64,000 bases of DNA. Origin: the human T2T-CHM13v2.0 reference genome, Homo sapiens. The translations under genes were made by a program, and so were the position numbers. Location of the stretch: assembly GCF_009914755.1 (NCBI RefSeq), contig NC_060930.1; one strand, written 5' to 3'. Positions within the stretch are counted from its first letter, which is position 1. Every line of letters starts with the position of its first letter. The notes beneath the pieces are model-generated. The model was given only the letters and a program-made list of their open reading frames with translations, had not been told where the DNA came from and did not search any database. Shown in pieces: positions 34,229 to 46,120 of the stretch.

Positions 34229-35159
34229 TCAACTCTTATAAAACAACTTGGAGGGCTTTAGTGAGTGCCAATGATTGTTAGTAAATATAGCCTACATATT
34301 TTTACTGGTCTAGCCTCAAAAACAGTAATTTTATAAAGCTGTTGTTTTGAAGGTAAGTTAATGACAACATTAGTTGGAATGCCTCACACTGGTGTGTGAC
34401 CTCAAACACATAGCTAGAGGTGAGTTGTTAAATGTTTTTCAACTGATTCTGAGCTCCAAATAAGACCTGAAGCCCACTAGCACTAGATTTTGACTAATTA
34501 TAAATTTCACAGAGAACTGTCATCTGCATAAAAACAATGAAGCTAACTTATACAGAAAGTAAACTTTATATCAGGGTCAAACAAAAGACTCAGGTCTTTA
34601 CATTATAGTTAACTCTATCATTTATGCTATAAATACACTGGCAGATTCTGTGAACTGGCTCCTCTTCTTTTTTCTAATAGATTCCCCCTAACCCTAAGTT
34701 TTAGCATGGCATATTTAGAAACCATACTTCCAAATTCCCCTGTATCTAAAGAGGCCAATGGATGGAGATGGAACTTATATATATAATTTTCAGATCCCAT
34801 TATTACAAGGAATCTGCTTGCCTTCCATCCTCTTTTTCGCACTTCCTCGGGGCTGGTGAAGGTAAGCTGGCTTCACTCATGTATGTCACCCCCCAAAGGA
34901 TGAGAGAGTAACAAGGTAGAAAAAAACGAGGATCCCTGGGTGTCCTTATGGAGCAGAGTCATCCACTTGCCTAGGTCTGCATTGATATGAAAGACAAAAG
35001 TAAATCTGTGGCTTGTCTGAGCCACTCTGTTTTGAAGATTTATTAGTACTCTAAATAATTATTATACTTTACAGTTTACTGTGTACCTTCCAAATGTTAA
35101 AATCTAAAATATCTGACATTGGGGGCTGAGTAATTTTTTTAAAAAGATAAAAGATAAAA

Positions 35160-36660
35160 TATCCATCCATTCATTCATTCATTCTTTCATTAATTCAACA
35201 ACTATTAAGTACATATTATATATTAGCCCTGCTTTAGGTTCTGAGTACACAACTGAGCAAGACACATCAAGTCCCTGTACTCGCGAAGCTTTCATCATAG
35301 TTAGAGAGGGGTTGGCAGAGAGATAATAACAAAGTAAACAAAATTTTAAAAAATAATAATTTCAGAACATGGTAGTTTAAAGTGAAGGCTCAAGAGTCAG
35401 ATTGTCTGTGTGTTAGTCCAGACTCTGGCATTTATGCACTGTGGTAACCAACTTCCAAGGATGGCCCCCACTCAACCCCCCACCGCCCCCACTGAACCAT
35501 ACCTCCTGGTATTCATGCTCTCATACAAGCCCTGCTCTTCAATCTGGGATGGCCCCAGAACTCACTTTTGACCAGCAGAATGAAGCAGAAGTGATGTTGT
35601 GTAACTTCCAGGGCTAGGTCATAAGAAGACTTCTGTCTTGCCTCTGGGTCTTATGGAATGCTCACTCTGAAGGAAGCTGGCTACTGTGTTAGAACTTCAG
35701 CCACCTAAGATTGTCAGGTTGAGGAAGCCACATGGAGACGCCGTCTGGAGAGAGATGCTGGCCCAGAACTAGCTGCTCCTGCCATCCCAGCTGAGGCCTG
35801 GATGTGTGAATGAAGAAGTCCCCTTTGATTTCAGCTTGGTCCAGCCTTTACGTGACTCTAGCCAGGTAAGATGCCTTCTGGCTGCAACACCATGACAGTC
35901 CCCACATGGGAACCACCCAGCTGCTCAGTCAACCCATAGAACCAAGAGAAATAATAATAACTTAAGTCACTAATTTGGGTATTACACAGCAATAGACGAC
36001 TAGAACACTAATTTTATGAACTAAAGAAGTTTGTTAATTTATCTGTGTTTCAGTTTTCTCATCTATAAGGTTCCTACCTTATAAAGTTTTTATGAGGGCT
36101 AAATTTGTTAAACTGGAAAGGGCTTTAGAACAGTGCCTGGTATGTGATAAACAGTAAATGTTAGCTACTGCTTTTTATTATTAATAAATAAAATAGAATC
36201 ATGGAACAAAACTATTCTTCATTGGATGCTCAGAAAAGTTCTCACATGAAAATGACAGTTGAGCTCAGACCTGAAATCTAAGGGCTCAGCCATGCAGAGA
36301 GCCGGACAAAAACATCCAAACTGGAAAACCAGCAAGGCAAGGGTCCTGAGGGAGGAATGGGTGTTGTGTCTTGGAGGAGCACAGACATGGCCGGCGTGGT
36401 TAAAGGGTAGCAAGCAAACCAGAGTCATACAAGCCACAATAGGAAGTGTGGATTTTATATTAAACACAATGAGAAGCTTTAAGAGATTTTAAGCAGGGGA
36501 ATGACTTGAACCACTGTATGGGCAATAGATTTTAAGAGGACAAGAATGGAAACAAAAAGACCATTTAAGAGACTGTTATCATCTGAGTGACTTTAGTGAC
36601 TCGATCCGGTGTTTAGCAGAGGAAATGGTGAGAAGAGGGCAGATTTGGGGATATGTTAGT
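35160..36660. mobile_element. Nested L2 / MIR / MLT1F-like LTR (LTR about 35440-36007)
   Basis: L2 (ATTC)n end at 35165; MIR halves at about 35370-35440 and 36010-36170; MLT1 text CTCCTGGTATTCATGC...GCAATAGACGACTAGAACA. Confidence 0.65.
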
Positions 36661-38361
36661 TGAATGAGTGGCCCTCGGATGGCCCATCAGGTTTCTACAG
36701 TAGAGATGAGATTTTTATTTTAACAAAGTCCTTCTGGCGATTACGTTACTTAAACCATCTTAGACAGGGTTCTAAGCATTATATCCCAGGACAGCTCAAG
36801 TCTATCTCATTTTGTATAATTTCGGGATCAATGGTTACATATTCTAAATAGGGAATAACAGAATAGAAGCTTTCTCACATTTACTATGATTATTCAAACA
36901 GCAAAAACCATTCATGGCAATGTGACTCAGTGGAAGGAATAATACGAGGCAAATCAGGACACAGGGTCAGGTGGGCAGTACTGTCCCTGATACCTCACTG
37001 GAACAGAGTTTGTGATTATTTATGGCCTCCTTGGTCCCCAGCCCCATCCAATTCTGACAAACTATTACTTTGTGTCTCTATTTTAAACTGCTTCATCACC
37101 TGGAAATATTTCATCTTCCTAAAGTCAGGATTCACACTCAGTACTTTCCTGCTGGTCCTAAGATCTAAACCCTGCAACTCTTGTCTCCTCAAAGCTGAAA
37201 GCACCTGCCACCAGGAAATAATCCCAAAGAGGTAATCACCCGAAGGAGCCTTTGATTCCAGTGCCCATACTCTCCCAAGCTGACAGGAAGGAGGCTGACA
37301 GCAAGTTGGCCTGTATTGTTTTATGCCCATCAATAAACTATATTTAACATATAAGTGCATTACAGAGGTCTCCCATACAACCTAGAAGATTTATTCTTTT
37401 TGTGAAAGCTTGGGAGGTTTTGCTTTCAAGCTTTATTTTAAGATACAGAATAGTCATCACTCAAGCCAGTTTTTCTAAAACTTTATTACAGGGGAAAGCC
37501 TCTGGCATACATTTCTAATACACTGTTCATTTCATGTGGCAGCTCTTTCTTTAGTAGTGCCAACAGAAAGGAGAGAAAATACATGAAATGAGAGAATGGA
37601 GGCAAAAGTCCCTGCATGGTACCTGACTCAGGAGTCGCTCAGTCCTTTTCTCTCTCTTTCCTAACACTGACAGGGTCTAATAAAATTATTCTAGTATTAG
37701 AAAACTTAGGAGGACATTAAACTGGCTTTGCAAAATTTTTAACTCTCTTTGTCTGCCCGAGTTTTCTCTGGCCCACTTACACCTTAGGGTAAATTCTGAC
37801 TTTCAAGTGCATAGGCTTGGCTGCTTTCAAAGCTGTATTGTGGAACATGTGAAATGCAAGATTAACTCCTGGATTCAAAGAACCATGCAGAATCTTTCCC
37901 TAGACTTTATTGTTGTTATTTGCCACCTTTAAATCTTAGCAATGTGGCATCTTATCTACAATTCACTGAATTAAATGTGAAAAGAGGGGGTTAAGGTATA
38001 GTGAACACGCAGAAGACTTCTAATTACTGAATGGATTTATACCATCCAGGATTTATACCATCTCCCAGCTGGTGCCAGGTAAAGGTAGCAGCAATACCCA
38101 GCATCACTGTTATTGACCTTCTTAGCTAGCCACCAAGCTCACTAGTGCCATATTCACTTTGGCTGCCAAAATATAACAGGACAGCACCACTATAATTTAG
38201 AATGAGCAAAGAGAGGTAATGCTCACTTTATTAAATAAAGTTAAAATTTAATGAAACAAAGTCAGAGTTTGATAGGCATATAAGCGGGAGATAGACAACA
38301 ATCAATCAGCAGCAAACAAAGTATATGGAGATAATTATGTAAAATCAAAAAAGAGGCACCT

Positions 38362-38649
38362 GGCTGGGCACGGTGGCTCATGCCTGTAATCCCAGCACTT
38401 TGGGAGTCTGAAGTGGGTAGATCAGGAGTTTGAAACCAGCCTGGCCAAAATGGTGAAACCCCACCTCTACTAAAAATACAAAAATTAGATAGGCATGGTG
38501 GCAGGCACCTGTAATTCTAGCTACTCGGGAGGCTGAGGCATGAGAATCTCTTGAACCTGGGAGGCGGAGGTTGCAGTTAGCCTAGATCGTGCTGATGCAC
38601 TCCAGCTTGGGTGACAGAGCAAGACTCCATCAAAAAAAGAAAAAAAAAA
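38362..38649 (+). mobile_element. AluS element
   Basis: Alu dimer with A tail. Confidence 0.92.
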
Positions 38650-41559
38650 GGCGTCAACTTTTTTTTGCATAGAAAGTTGGCAAATATTTGAAGTGGTGGT
38701 AGTTACCATCAAATAAAATGAATAAAACATCTGGAGGTGCTAATTAGAAATGAAGAAAAAAGAGAATGGGCAGTTTTGCCAATTTGCCAGCCTGTGTCTC
38801 CTGACCAAATGATGAGGAGTAAGAGAAAAGGATTAACATTTAAATTTAAAGGCATATTTTTCCCCTGAGAAAGATTATGTAATGGCATATGAAGTCAGTT
38901 CAAAGGAAGCCTATGATGTTTTCCTTCTCATAAAAAAGGAAGCAAATTATTCCATCCAAGTGCAACTGAATCAAATTTGAACTTCCTGTAAATGTATCAG
39001 CTGATAAACCAGGATTTAAGTTCAAGGGTACATTCCATGCCTAATCTTCATTTTACAGCTTTCAGAGATAAAATTTCCTTAGCACTAAAATCTTTCAAAG
39101 ATAGTCTCTCTTGCAAAACAAATTGTTAGAAGTGAGCAGCAAATTGGCCAGATGCCTCTGGGGCATAAATGTTTCTTAAAAGTCAGGTAAGAACTTTTAG
39201 AAATGATCTCATACTTTCAAATCACGAGTTTTCTATTTCGTGCTTTGGAACAGAAATGGTCAACTTACCAAAAGGGTTAATACAGCTTCTCAAAAGTGCT
39301 TGTCTTCTCACAGAATATAGTTTATATTTTGGGAGAATTTGGCACAGCTTAAGTTACAGCTTAAATGACTTGCTCAGTAGAATCCAACAAGAAGTCATTT
39401 CTCCCACCCATTTGTCCCTAAGTGTTTATTAGCAGGGATAGACACAAAATTTTAAAAGAAAAAAAGTATTTTTCATATGAATATTCTCTCTCCAAGACTT
39501 CATATCAAGATACATAAGCAACAGTATTCTTCGACTCTTACTCCCAAACTGGAAGCCATCTTTTACAGAATTTTAGAAACACTCCAAAATTTATTATCAG
39601 CCCACTAGCCTTTCTCAGCCCAAATGTCTTACTGCAAGATAAATGGACATGGGACTTAATTATTTCTTATATGGCTATGAAGAAAAATAATTGCTAAGCA
39701 TAAAAACCAGCCTATGACATGAGGCTAGTTTTACATGCTTCCAGAAATTGGTACTTTTAAGTTTCCAACATTGAAAAATATACAGACAACAGAAATCTTT
39801 TCAGTGGTACATATTACTATGATTTTTACTATCTCCCCAGACAGCCTGAGCAGTCCATTAACTAAGGTGTAACAGAGACCCAGAGCCAAAAAGAAAAAAA
39901 AATGGCTCCAACAAGAAAAATCACAGCTTAATGTATGCAGTAAGGCCATAGTTTGGATTTATAATAATTATCACATTCCAGAGCCCAAATTAATTATTTG
40001 TAGTTATTTTGCAGATATCTTAGTAGCTACACACACACACACACATTTCACAAAGTATTGGCCAATGCCCATTTTCACATAGCTCTTTAGTCTAAAAATA
40101 ACTTTAACTTTCATGTTTTACCAAGACTGAGAAAAGGGAGAGCAAATCAAAGGAAACTAGTTGAGGAATTAGTGAAGAAATTTTTAACAGGCCTGCTGGG
40201 TGTTCTCTCACTGCTGTCTTGAACCTCAGATTAAATTATTATACTTTCTGTGTTGTAGTACTGGGTCATTCGTATGTGAAGACAAAGGCAACTTCAACTT
40301 GATATTTCTGTCATCCCTGCTGTGGGAAGAGTCCTTTTCCTGGTTTATAACATCAATCATTCTCACAATAAATCTTAGGGTGGATGTGGTCATTTAAATC
40401 TCCACCTGCACAAACAACAGAAAATAAGAGAGCTCATAAATCTCTACACTGGTGATTAACAAATTTTGGATCCTCAGCGAAGATATTATGGAAGAGGGGT
40501 CGCTAATTCATTAATAAAGACTGATTTGCTGACAACCTGTTTAGTTTACAGCATAGGGGGAAAGCAAACAAGACCCTGCTAGCAAAACAAAACGTTAGAG
40601 GTTAGTGAATTCCCAGCTGAGCCTAGGATTAGAGATATGATATCTTAATGTAGGAGAAGCCTTCAGACCCTAAGCCAACCACTCAGAAACCACTCTTACA
40701 TTTTGCTCCAGCCCCTCAACTTCAATGCCTACCTGCAAGGGAAGAAAACCTGGCAAAGAAATTGTAAGAGAGATTTATGCCTTCAGTCTCCCTGGTTTCA
40801 TTGCACCAATTTCATCCAATCCCTAGGTTCTGTTTCCCTGTGCTTTTTCTACCTACTTCCCAGGAGACTTTCTTATTCTCTAGGAAAGGTGGTTCGAGCT
40901 GGGGTTAAAGATGGAAAAGAACCTTTCTCAAAAGGATAGTCTTGCTTTGTGTTGTGTAATGTCAGCTTCATGTGAGGAACACTGGCACCTAACAGGCTGG
41001 AAGAAGACAAAGACAGCAGCATTGAAAGGGACGGTGCATCACAAAAAGTGCCAGGCAAGGTGATGTCTGAGAGCAACAAAGACTCTCAAGGCAATATTAA
41101 ATGCATTTCTAGAAAAGAAAAAAAAACCGAGGGGAAAGTTTCCATTTATTAGGAAAAGATGATCAACTAACATAATGTTTTCCACACACTCATACTGCCC
41201 TCTCATTCCCTACCCACTCCCACTAAGCTGTGTGTGGTTGGGTTTGAGTGTGCAAATCAAGTATGTTTGTGTACACGTAGGCAGTCCTTTGATGTCTTGA
41301 AAATGACCAGGTGTAGGTGAAATGTTTTATACTTACTTTTCCATCACCATAAAGATTCTAGGAAGCACTTGTCTTCATTTATCCCGGGGAAGGTGGAAGA
41401 TCTCGGTAAAGCCTTGGAGTCTTATGAGGTGCTGGCAGGATGCGGTTGATACTCCCTGTATTTTAATTCGTGTTTTCTTGGGAGGAGAGAGGGCATGGAG
41501 TGTAGGTGGAAGGCCCAGAAAGAGCCAAACGATCTAGTCGTTTTTCTAAAGTTCTCAGT

Positions 41560-41860
41560 AACAACCAGTTGTGACGTCTTAAGAGAGAAAGAAGGCCTTT
41601 TACAGATGGACAGAACATGCTGCTTCTCGGCTCCGGCCACAGTTGGGAGAAGGTGGCTGGTAAGTACATGATGCAGTTGAGTTGATTTACATTACAAGTT
41701 GCAAATCAGGGTCTGTGCATTGAGTTTCCCTCCGGTTGTGAAAGGGGTCTAAGCGCTTTGCTGGGGCCTGGCAGGCCCCTCCCCTGGGCTGCAAGGATCC
41801 GCCCCTCTATTCCCCAGATAAATTCCTAGTGTCCACCAAATTCCTCAGCGCTCGCTCACC
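41560..41860 (+). promoter_or_regulatory. TCF21: TCF21 proximal promoter
   Basis: CRE-like TGACGTCT at 41572-41579, PBX-HOX-like TGATTTAC at 41683-41690, GC box CCGCCC at 41799-41804, TATA-like GATAAA at 41817-41822. The TSS is inferred at about 41850. Confidence 0.7.
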
Positions 41861-42046
41861 CTCCTCTACGGCCACGACTCTGGGAGTGGGGAAACAGAGA
41901 GCCGGTTCCTCTGCTGCAGAAGTCCTCGGGGTTCCTTCTCACAACTCTGCGAAGGGGAAAGGGTTGTGAGACCCAACCAGACCCCAACTCCAGCTCCCAG
42001 CAGGAGGTGGCTGCGCCACACTCGGGAGGCCTCTTGGTTTCAGGGT

Positions 42047-42112
42047 CTCTCTGTCTCTCTCTCACCCTCTTCCTCGCTTTCTCTGTCTCTCTGTCTCTCT
42101 CTCTCTCTCTCC
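42047..42112 (+). repeat. (CT)n-rich polypyrimidine tract in the TCF21 5'UTR
   Basis: CTCTCTGTCTCTCTCTC...CTCTCTCTCTCTCTCTCC ending about 20 nt upstream of the ATG. Confidence 0.9.
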
Positions 42113-42131
42113 CTCGTCCACTCCCCCAAAC

Positions 42132-42581
42132 ATGTCCACCGGCTCCCTCAGCGATGTGGAGGACCTTCAAGAGGTGGAGATGTTGGAATGTGACGGGTTG
42201 AAAATGGATTCGAACAAGGAATTTGTGACTTCCAACGAGAGCACCGAGGAGAGCTCCAACTGCGAGAATGGGTCTCCCCAGAAGGGCCGCGGCGGCCTGG
42301 GCAAGAGGAGGAAGGCGCCCACCAAGAAGAGCCCCCTGAGCGGGGTCAGCCAGGAGGGGAAGCAGGTCCAGCGCAACGCCGCCAACGCGCGAGAGCGGGC
42401 CCGCATGCGAGTGCTGAGCAAGGCCTTCTCCAGACTCAAGACCACCCTGCCCTGGGTGCCCCCCGACACCAAGCTCTCCAAGCTGGACACGCTCAGGCTG
42501 GCGTCCAGCTACATCGCCCACTTGAGGCAGATCCTGGCTAACGACAAATACGAGAACGGGTACATTCACCCGGTCAACCTG
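42132..42581 (+). CDS. TCF21: Transcription factor 21, coding exon 1 (aa 1-150, includes the bHLH domain)
   Basis: [31 protein letters not shown]...[52 protein letters not shown]...HPVNL; phase-0 donor CTG|GTGAGT at 42582. Confidence 0.98.
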
Positions 42582-44446
42582 GTGAGTGCTCCCGGGGCTG
42601 CAGCTGCAGTCCAGGCGCGCCCGCACTCCCGCCTGCGGTGGGCGCGAGTGCGCGCGGGGCTGGGAGTGGGGGTGTGGGCGCGGCGGTGACTTACACATCT
42701 CGACCACCGCGGGCCTAGAGCCTCCAGGGACCGGAGGCGGGCGGTCTAGACACGGCCCTCGCTCTCTGCCCTACCAGCCCCCGGAGCGGGAGTGATTTAT
42801 GCGAGGGTTTGACGTGGCAGCCCAATTAAAAGTTTGCAAGTGTGTTGAGCTGGCACAGAGGAGGGATCCCCCGCTCCCGCTCCATCGCCATCCTCCCTGG
42901 GGTGCAGTGGCTGCTGCGGAACTGAGAACACTGACAAGACGCTGCGAGCGGACAGGCATTTTGTTAATCCTTTTTTCTTCTTTTAGCAGAGAGTGGAACT
43001 TGATTTTCCTTTCCTTGTAAATAAAAACACCCAACTCCGTTTCTTTCACAAGCATATTTAGGACCATTGGATAAGGACACATCTATGCCCCCCAAATTGT
43101 CCACGTAAGCCCTTAACCGCTTAAATATTCTGTGCTTCTCCTATAAGTGGATTAATATTTTTAAATCCCAGAAGTTCTAGTAATGATCAGCAAAATCAGT
43201 AAATCCTCACTAGTATGAGTGTAATAAATACTAAAATAGGTCACTCTCATCCAAGATTTAAGAAATGTTACCTTTTATCTTAAAAAGTAATGCCCATTGA
43301 GCCTAATTTTTTAACACAAAAAACTGATAATCATTGAGTCTACTTTTTTCTCAAATGTATTTTACTGTTTAAGAAATATATCTTAATTTTTTTCATTTGA
43401 TTTTATTTTAAAACTTCTAAGATCTAAAGAAAAACAATAACAACAACTTACTAGGATCTCTGTTTGTATATGATAAGAATGAGAGATTTTTCCTTTTAAA
43501 AGGCAAGTCTTATCAGCCAGCACTAGAGCAGTAGTGAGAGGGGTCTGAATTGTCTTCTCACCGAATTGGTTTCTGGAATTGCTGGAGAAGAAGATGCAAA
43601 CCCACATTTTACCATGAAAAATGTTTTCTCTCCAATTGAAAGTTTGGGGTTTTTCCCCCCCAATGAGTAAATAGCTTTTTAAAATCTCCACCTAAAATGA
43701 AAGTGTTGCCTCGAATATTTACAACTGCTACTCTCTTCATCTTTGAATAAGAAACTTAAATGAGCTTTATTATAAAACAGCCCGGAGAAAGGAAGAGAAA
43801 GCATACTTTCTCAGTCCAGCATGAAGACGATCTTAAATTAAAAGTCAATGTAGTATAGCATTTTTTTTTCCTTAAGAGGTAGTGATTAATCTAGAAGCTG
43901 TAGTCAAAGCCGGTGTTTGCGATGGAAGAAACGAAAGTCGGACTAGGGAAATAGATGGTGATGAAAGGCGATGAAAGCGACAGGGCCCTGAAACCCGACC
44001 ACCGCCTCAGAAGGAGGCCAGGAGGGCGCTTCGCCCCGAACTCGGTGCCCAGTAGGCACAAGGTCGTTCTGGGCTTCCCGGCTCAGACTGCCAAAGCGTC
44101 TGCCTCCAGGCAGTGCCACAGCACCACCCACTCTCCCACTCTCGGCTTGCCCGGGGCTTCCTGCATTGAGTCTCACAAGGAACCCAGTATGAGCCCTTTT
44201 GGCTCTCATTCTAAAAGACCACCACCAGCACCACCACCACCTCGAGCTGTGACTTGGCGCCAAAGCAGCTATTTGCTTTATGCAGCCGCAGGGTGCGCTA
44301 GGACCGGGAGTAAATTGCAGAGATAACCGGTCTCTCCAGAGCACCGCCTGCCCCCACCGCCCCCCTTCCTTTCATCTCAGGCCCCGAGTCCACCCCACCC
44401 CCTCCGCCACGGCCACTTACCTCCTCCACCCTCTTCTTTCCCGCAG

Positions 44447-44536
44447 ACGTGGCCCTTTATGGTGGCCGGGAAACCCGAGAGTGACCTGAAAGAAGTGGTG
44501 ACCGCGAGCCGCTTATGTGGAACCACCGCGTCCTGA
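44447..44536 (+). CDS. TCF21: Transcription factor 21, coding exon 2 (aa 151-179 plus stop)
   Basis: Acceptor CTCTTCTTTCCCGCAG| at 44446; translates [29 protein letters not shown]; the total of 179 aa matches TCF21 and not its longer paralogue MSC. Confidence 0.98.
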
Positions 44537-44964
44537 CCTTGGAGGTGCGAGTCTGGGAAAGGCGCGCTCCCGGGGGGAGCGGGCCCCGGGAAGGCGACCC
44601 CTGCCCTCAGTGCTCTCTGTCTCTGCTTCCCCCTCGCAATGCTCCTCTCTCTGTCCCACCCCGCGAGAACACTTTACAACGACGAGGAGATTCGTTTCCA
44701 AACCAGAGGAGATCAATTGTACTTACAAAGATTCCCATCTATTTAACTTTATTAACTTCTACCGTGAATGACTCTGCAAGCCTTGCTGGTCCAAGTGCAA
44801 TATGTAATTATAAATATATAAATAGATAAGAGCCTATCAATGTATCTTTTGTACAATATGTTGTAAAATGTAGATCATAGGATAGCTGACTTTGACAGTC
44901 ACATTTATAAAGTAATTCACTTAAAGATATATATTTTTTTCAAACAAGTTTTGCTACTTTTGAA

Positions 44965-44970
44965 AATAAA
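44965..44970 (+). terminator. TCF21: Proximal poly(A) signal (short TCF21 isoform)
   Basis: AATAAA at the end of an AU-rich 3'UTR containing several upstream TGTA motifs. Confidence 0.75.
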
Positions 44971-45519
44971 TCTTTCTTTATATTGCTAAAAGCTCTGATA
45001 TTTGGAGTGATTTTTAAAAATATTTGGAATAAGAAAGTGGGAAACTATGGGGAAGCTTGATAATGAAAATGGTTCTTTTAAACCTCAATCTAAACTTCTA
45101 GAGATAGAAGAAAATTGCATATGAGTTTCATAATGAAGATGCAGATTATGTTTTATACTGAAACCTTAAAAAAGAAATATATCGGTTACTTTTAAGGCTA
45201 ATAGAAATTATATAACTGAAAACAAAGAATGGGCAGTATTAAAGTTATCCACAGTTATACAGTTCAAGAGTAAAACGCACCAGAAAAAGGAAATCCAATT
45301 TTCATGGATTCCACCGTATGACTGCTGACACGGGCGAGAAAGTAAACTCCACCTTTTGTCACCTTCCAGGTGTGGGCATAGCTGCAAACTAGTGAAGAAA
45401 TAATAGAAGCTATGAAAGATGTAAATTCCATAACCCTTAGGGTGTGTTTCAGGATTTTCAAAGCTCTGCAGCATACATTATCTACATTTCTTATTAATAG
45501 TCCATTAATTAATTCTAAC

Positions 45520-46120
45520 AATAAACCCGCATGCCTGCCTTTTGGTTGCTGTTAGCGGGTGCGTTTAGCTCCCGCCACGACTTCCGGCGGACTGGGTTTA
45601 ATTTAAACATTTTCCAGGCTACGGAACAGCTCCTAAGGGAAGATTAAGTTGAGATAAACAGAGAAGCAAGGCCGAGGAGCCTGCGACCCGGCTCCCTCAC
45701 TGCCCCAGCGCAGCCCGCGGCGGCCGATGCGCCAGATGCCACCGGGGCTGTTTAATGTTCGGGGTTATGACCGCAGTGTTTACAAGACGTCTTCGGTTAT
45801 TTATACTGTTATTCCTCGCAGAAAGCCTTGAAACTTCCGCTTCATTTGCTCTTTCTTTTCGATTTTTTACCCTTTTTTCTCGGCTTAGTTTGGTACCTGG
45901 AGCGAGAGCTTCTCCGCCCTTCCACCAACCCCACAGGCCGCTTCGCGGGTGGAGCCCTCTGCCTGGCCATGGAGGAAGGATCCCGCTAGGCTGGTCCCGA
46001 CTGGAGAAGCTGCTCTGCCAGGTGTGCTCTCTGTCAGCAATAGTGACCTCATTACCAAGGGGTGGCGACCACATTACCAAGCGCAATTCCCCATTCTCCA
46101 AGGGCTGAGAACTTCGGTGA
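45520..46120. promoter_or_regulatory. Intragenic CpG island; candidate antisense (TARID) promoter/enhancer
   Basis: CpG-dense; ETS/GABPA site ACTTCCGG at 45580-45587 next to E2F-like TCCCGCCA; second ACTTCCG near 45833. Confidence 0.65.

Larger units (their letters stand above)
41337..45540 (-). ncRNA. TARID: TARID antisense lncRNA, 5' region (boundaries approximate; transcript continues toward lower coordinates)
   Basis: Established knowledge that TARID overlaps TCF21 in antisense. The sequence shows minus-strand consensus donors GAG|GTAAGT (44420) and AAA|GTAAGT (41336) and a CpG-island promoter at about 45.5-46.1 kb. The exact exons cannot be determined from sequence alone. Confidence 0.5.

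Noticed and set aside
41425-41445. Possible position of another recalled coronary-disease promoter SNP (rs2327429)
   Set aside because: I have no motif anchor to fix the base or allele from sequence alone.
42132-42689. 185-aa single-exon ORF as the complete protein, or assignment to the paralogue MSC (musculin)
   Set aside because: The ORF reads through the donor at 42582 into the intron. The spliced product is the 179-aa TCF21, and its N-terminus ([16 protein letters not shown]) is that of TCF21.
41856-42707. 283-aa antisense ORF over TCF21 exon 1
   Set aside because: It is the shadow frame of a GC-rich CDS plus the translated CT repeat (RERERDRE), with no recognisable domain.
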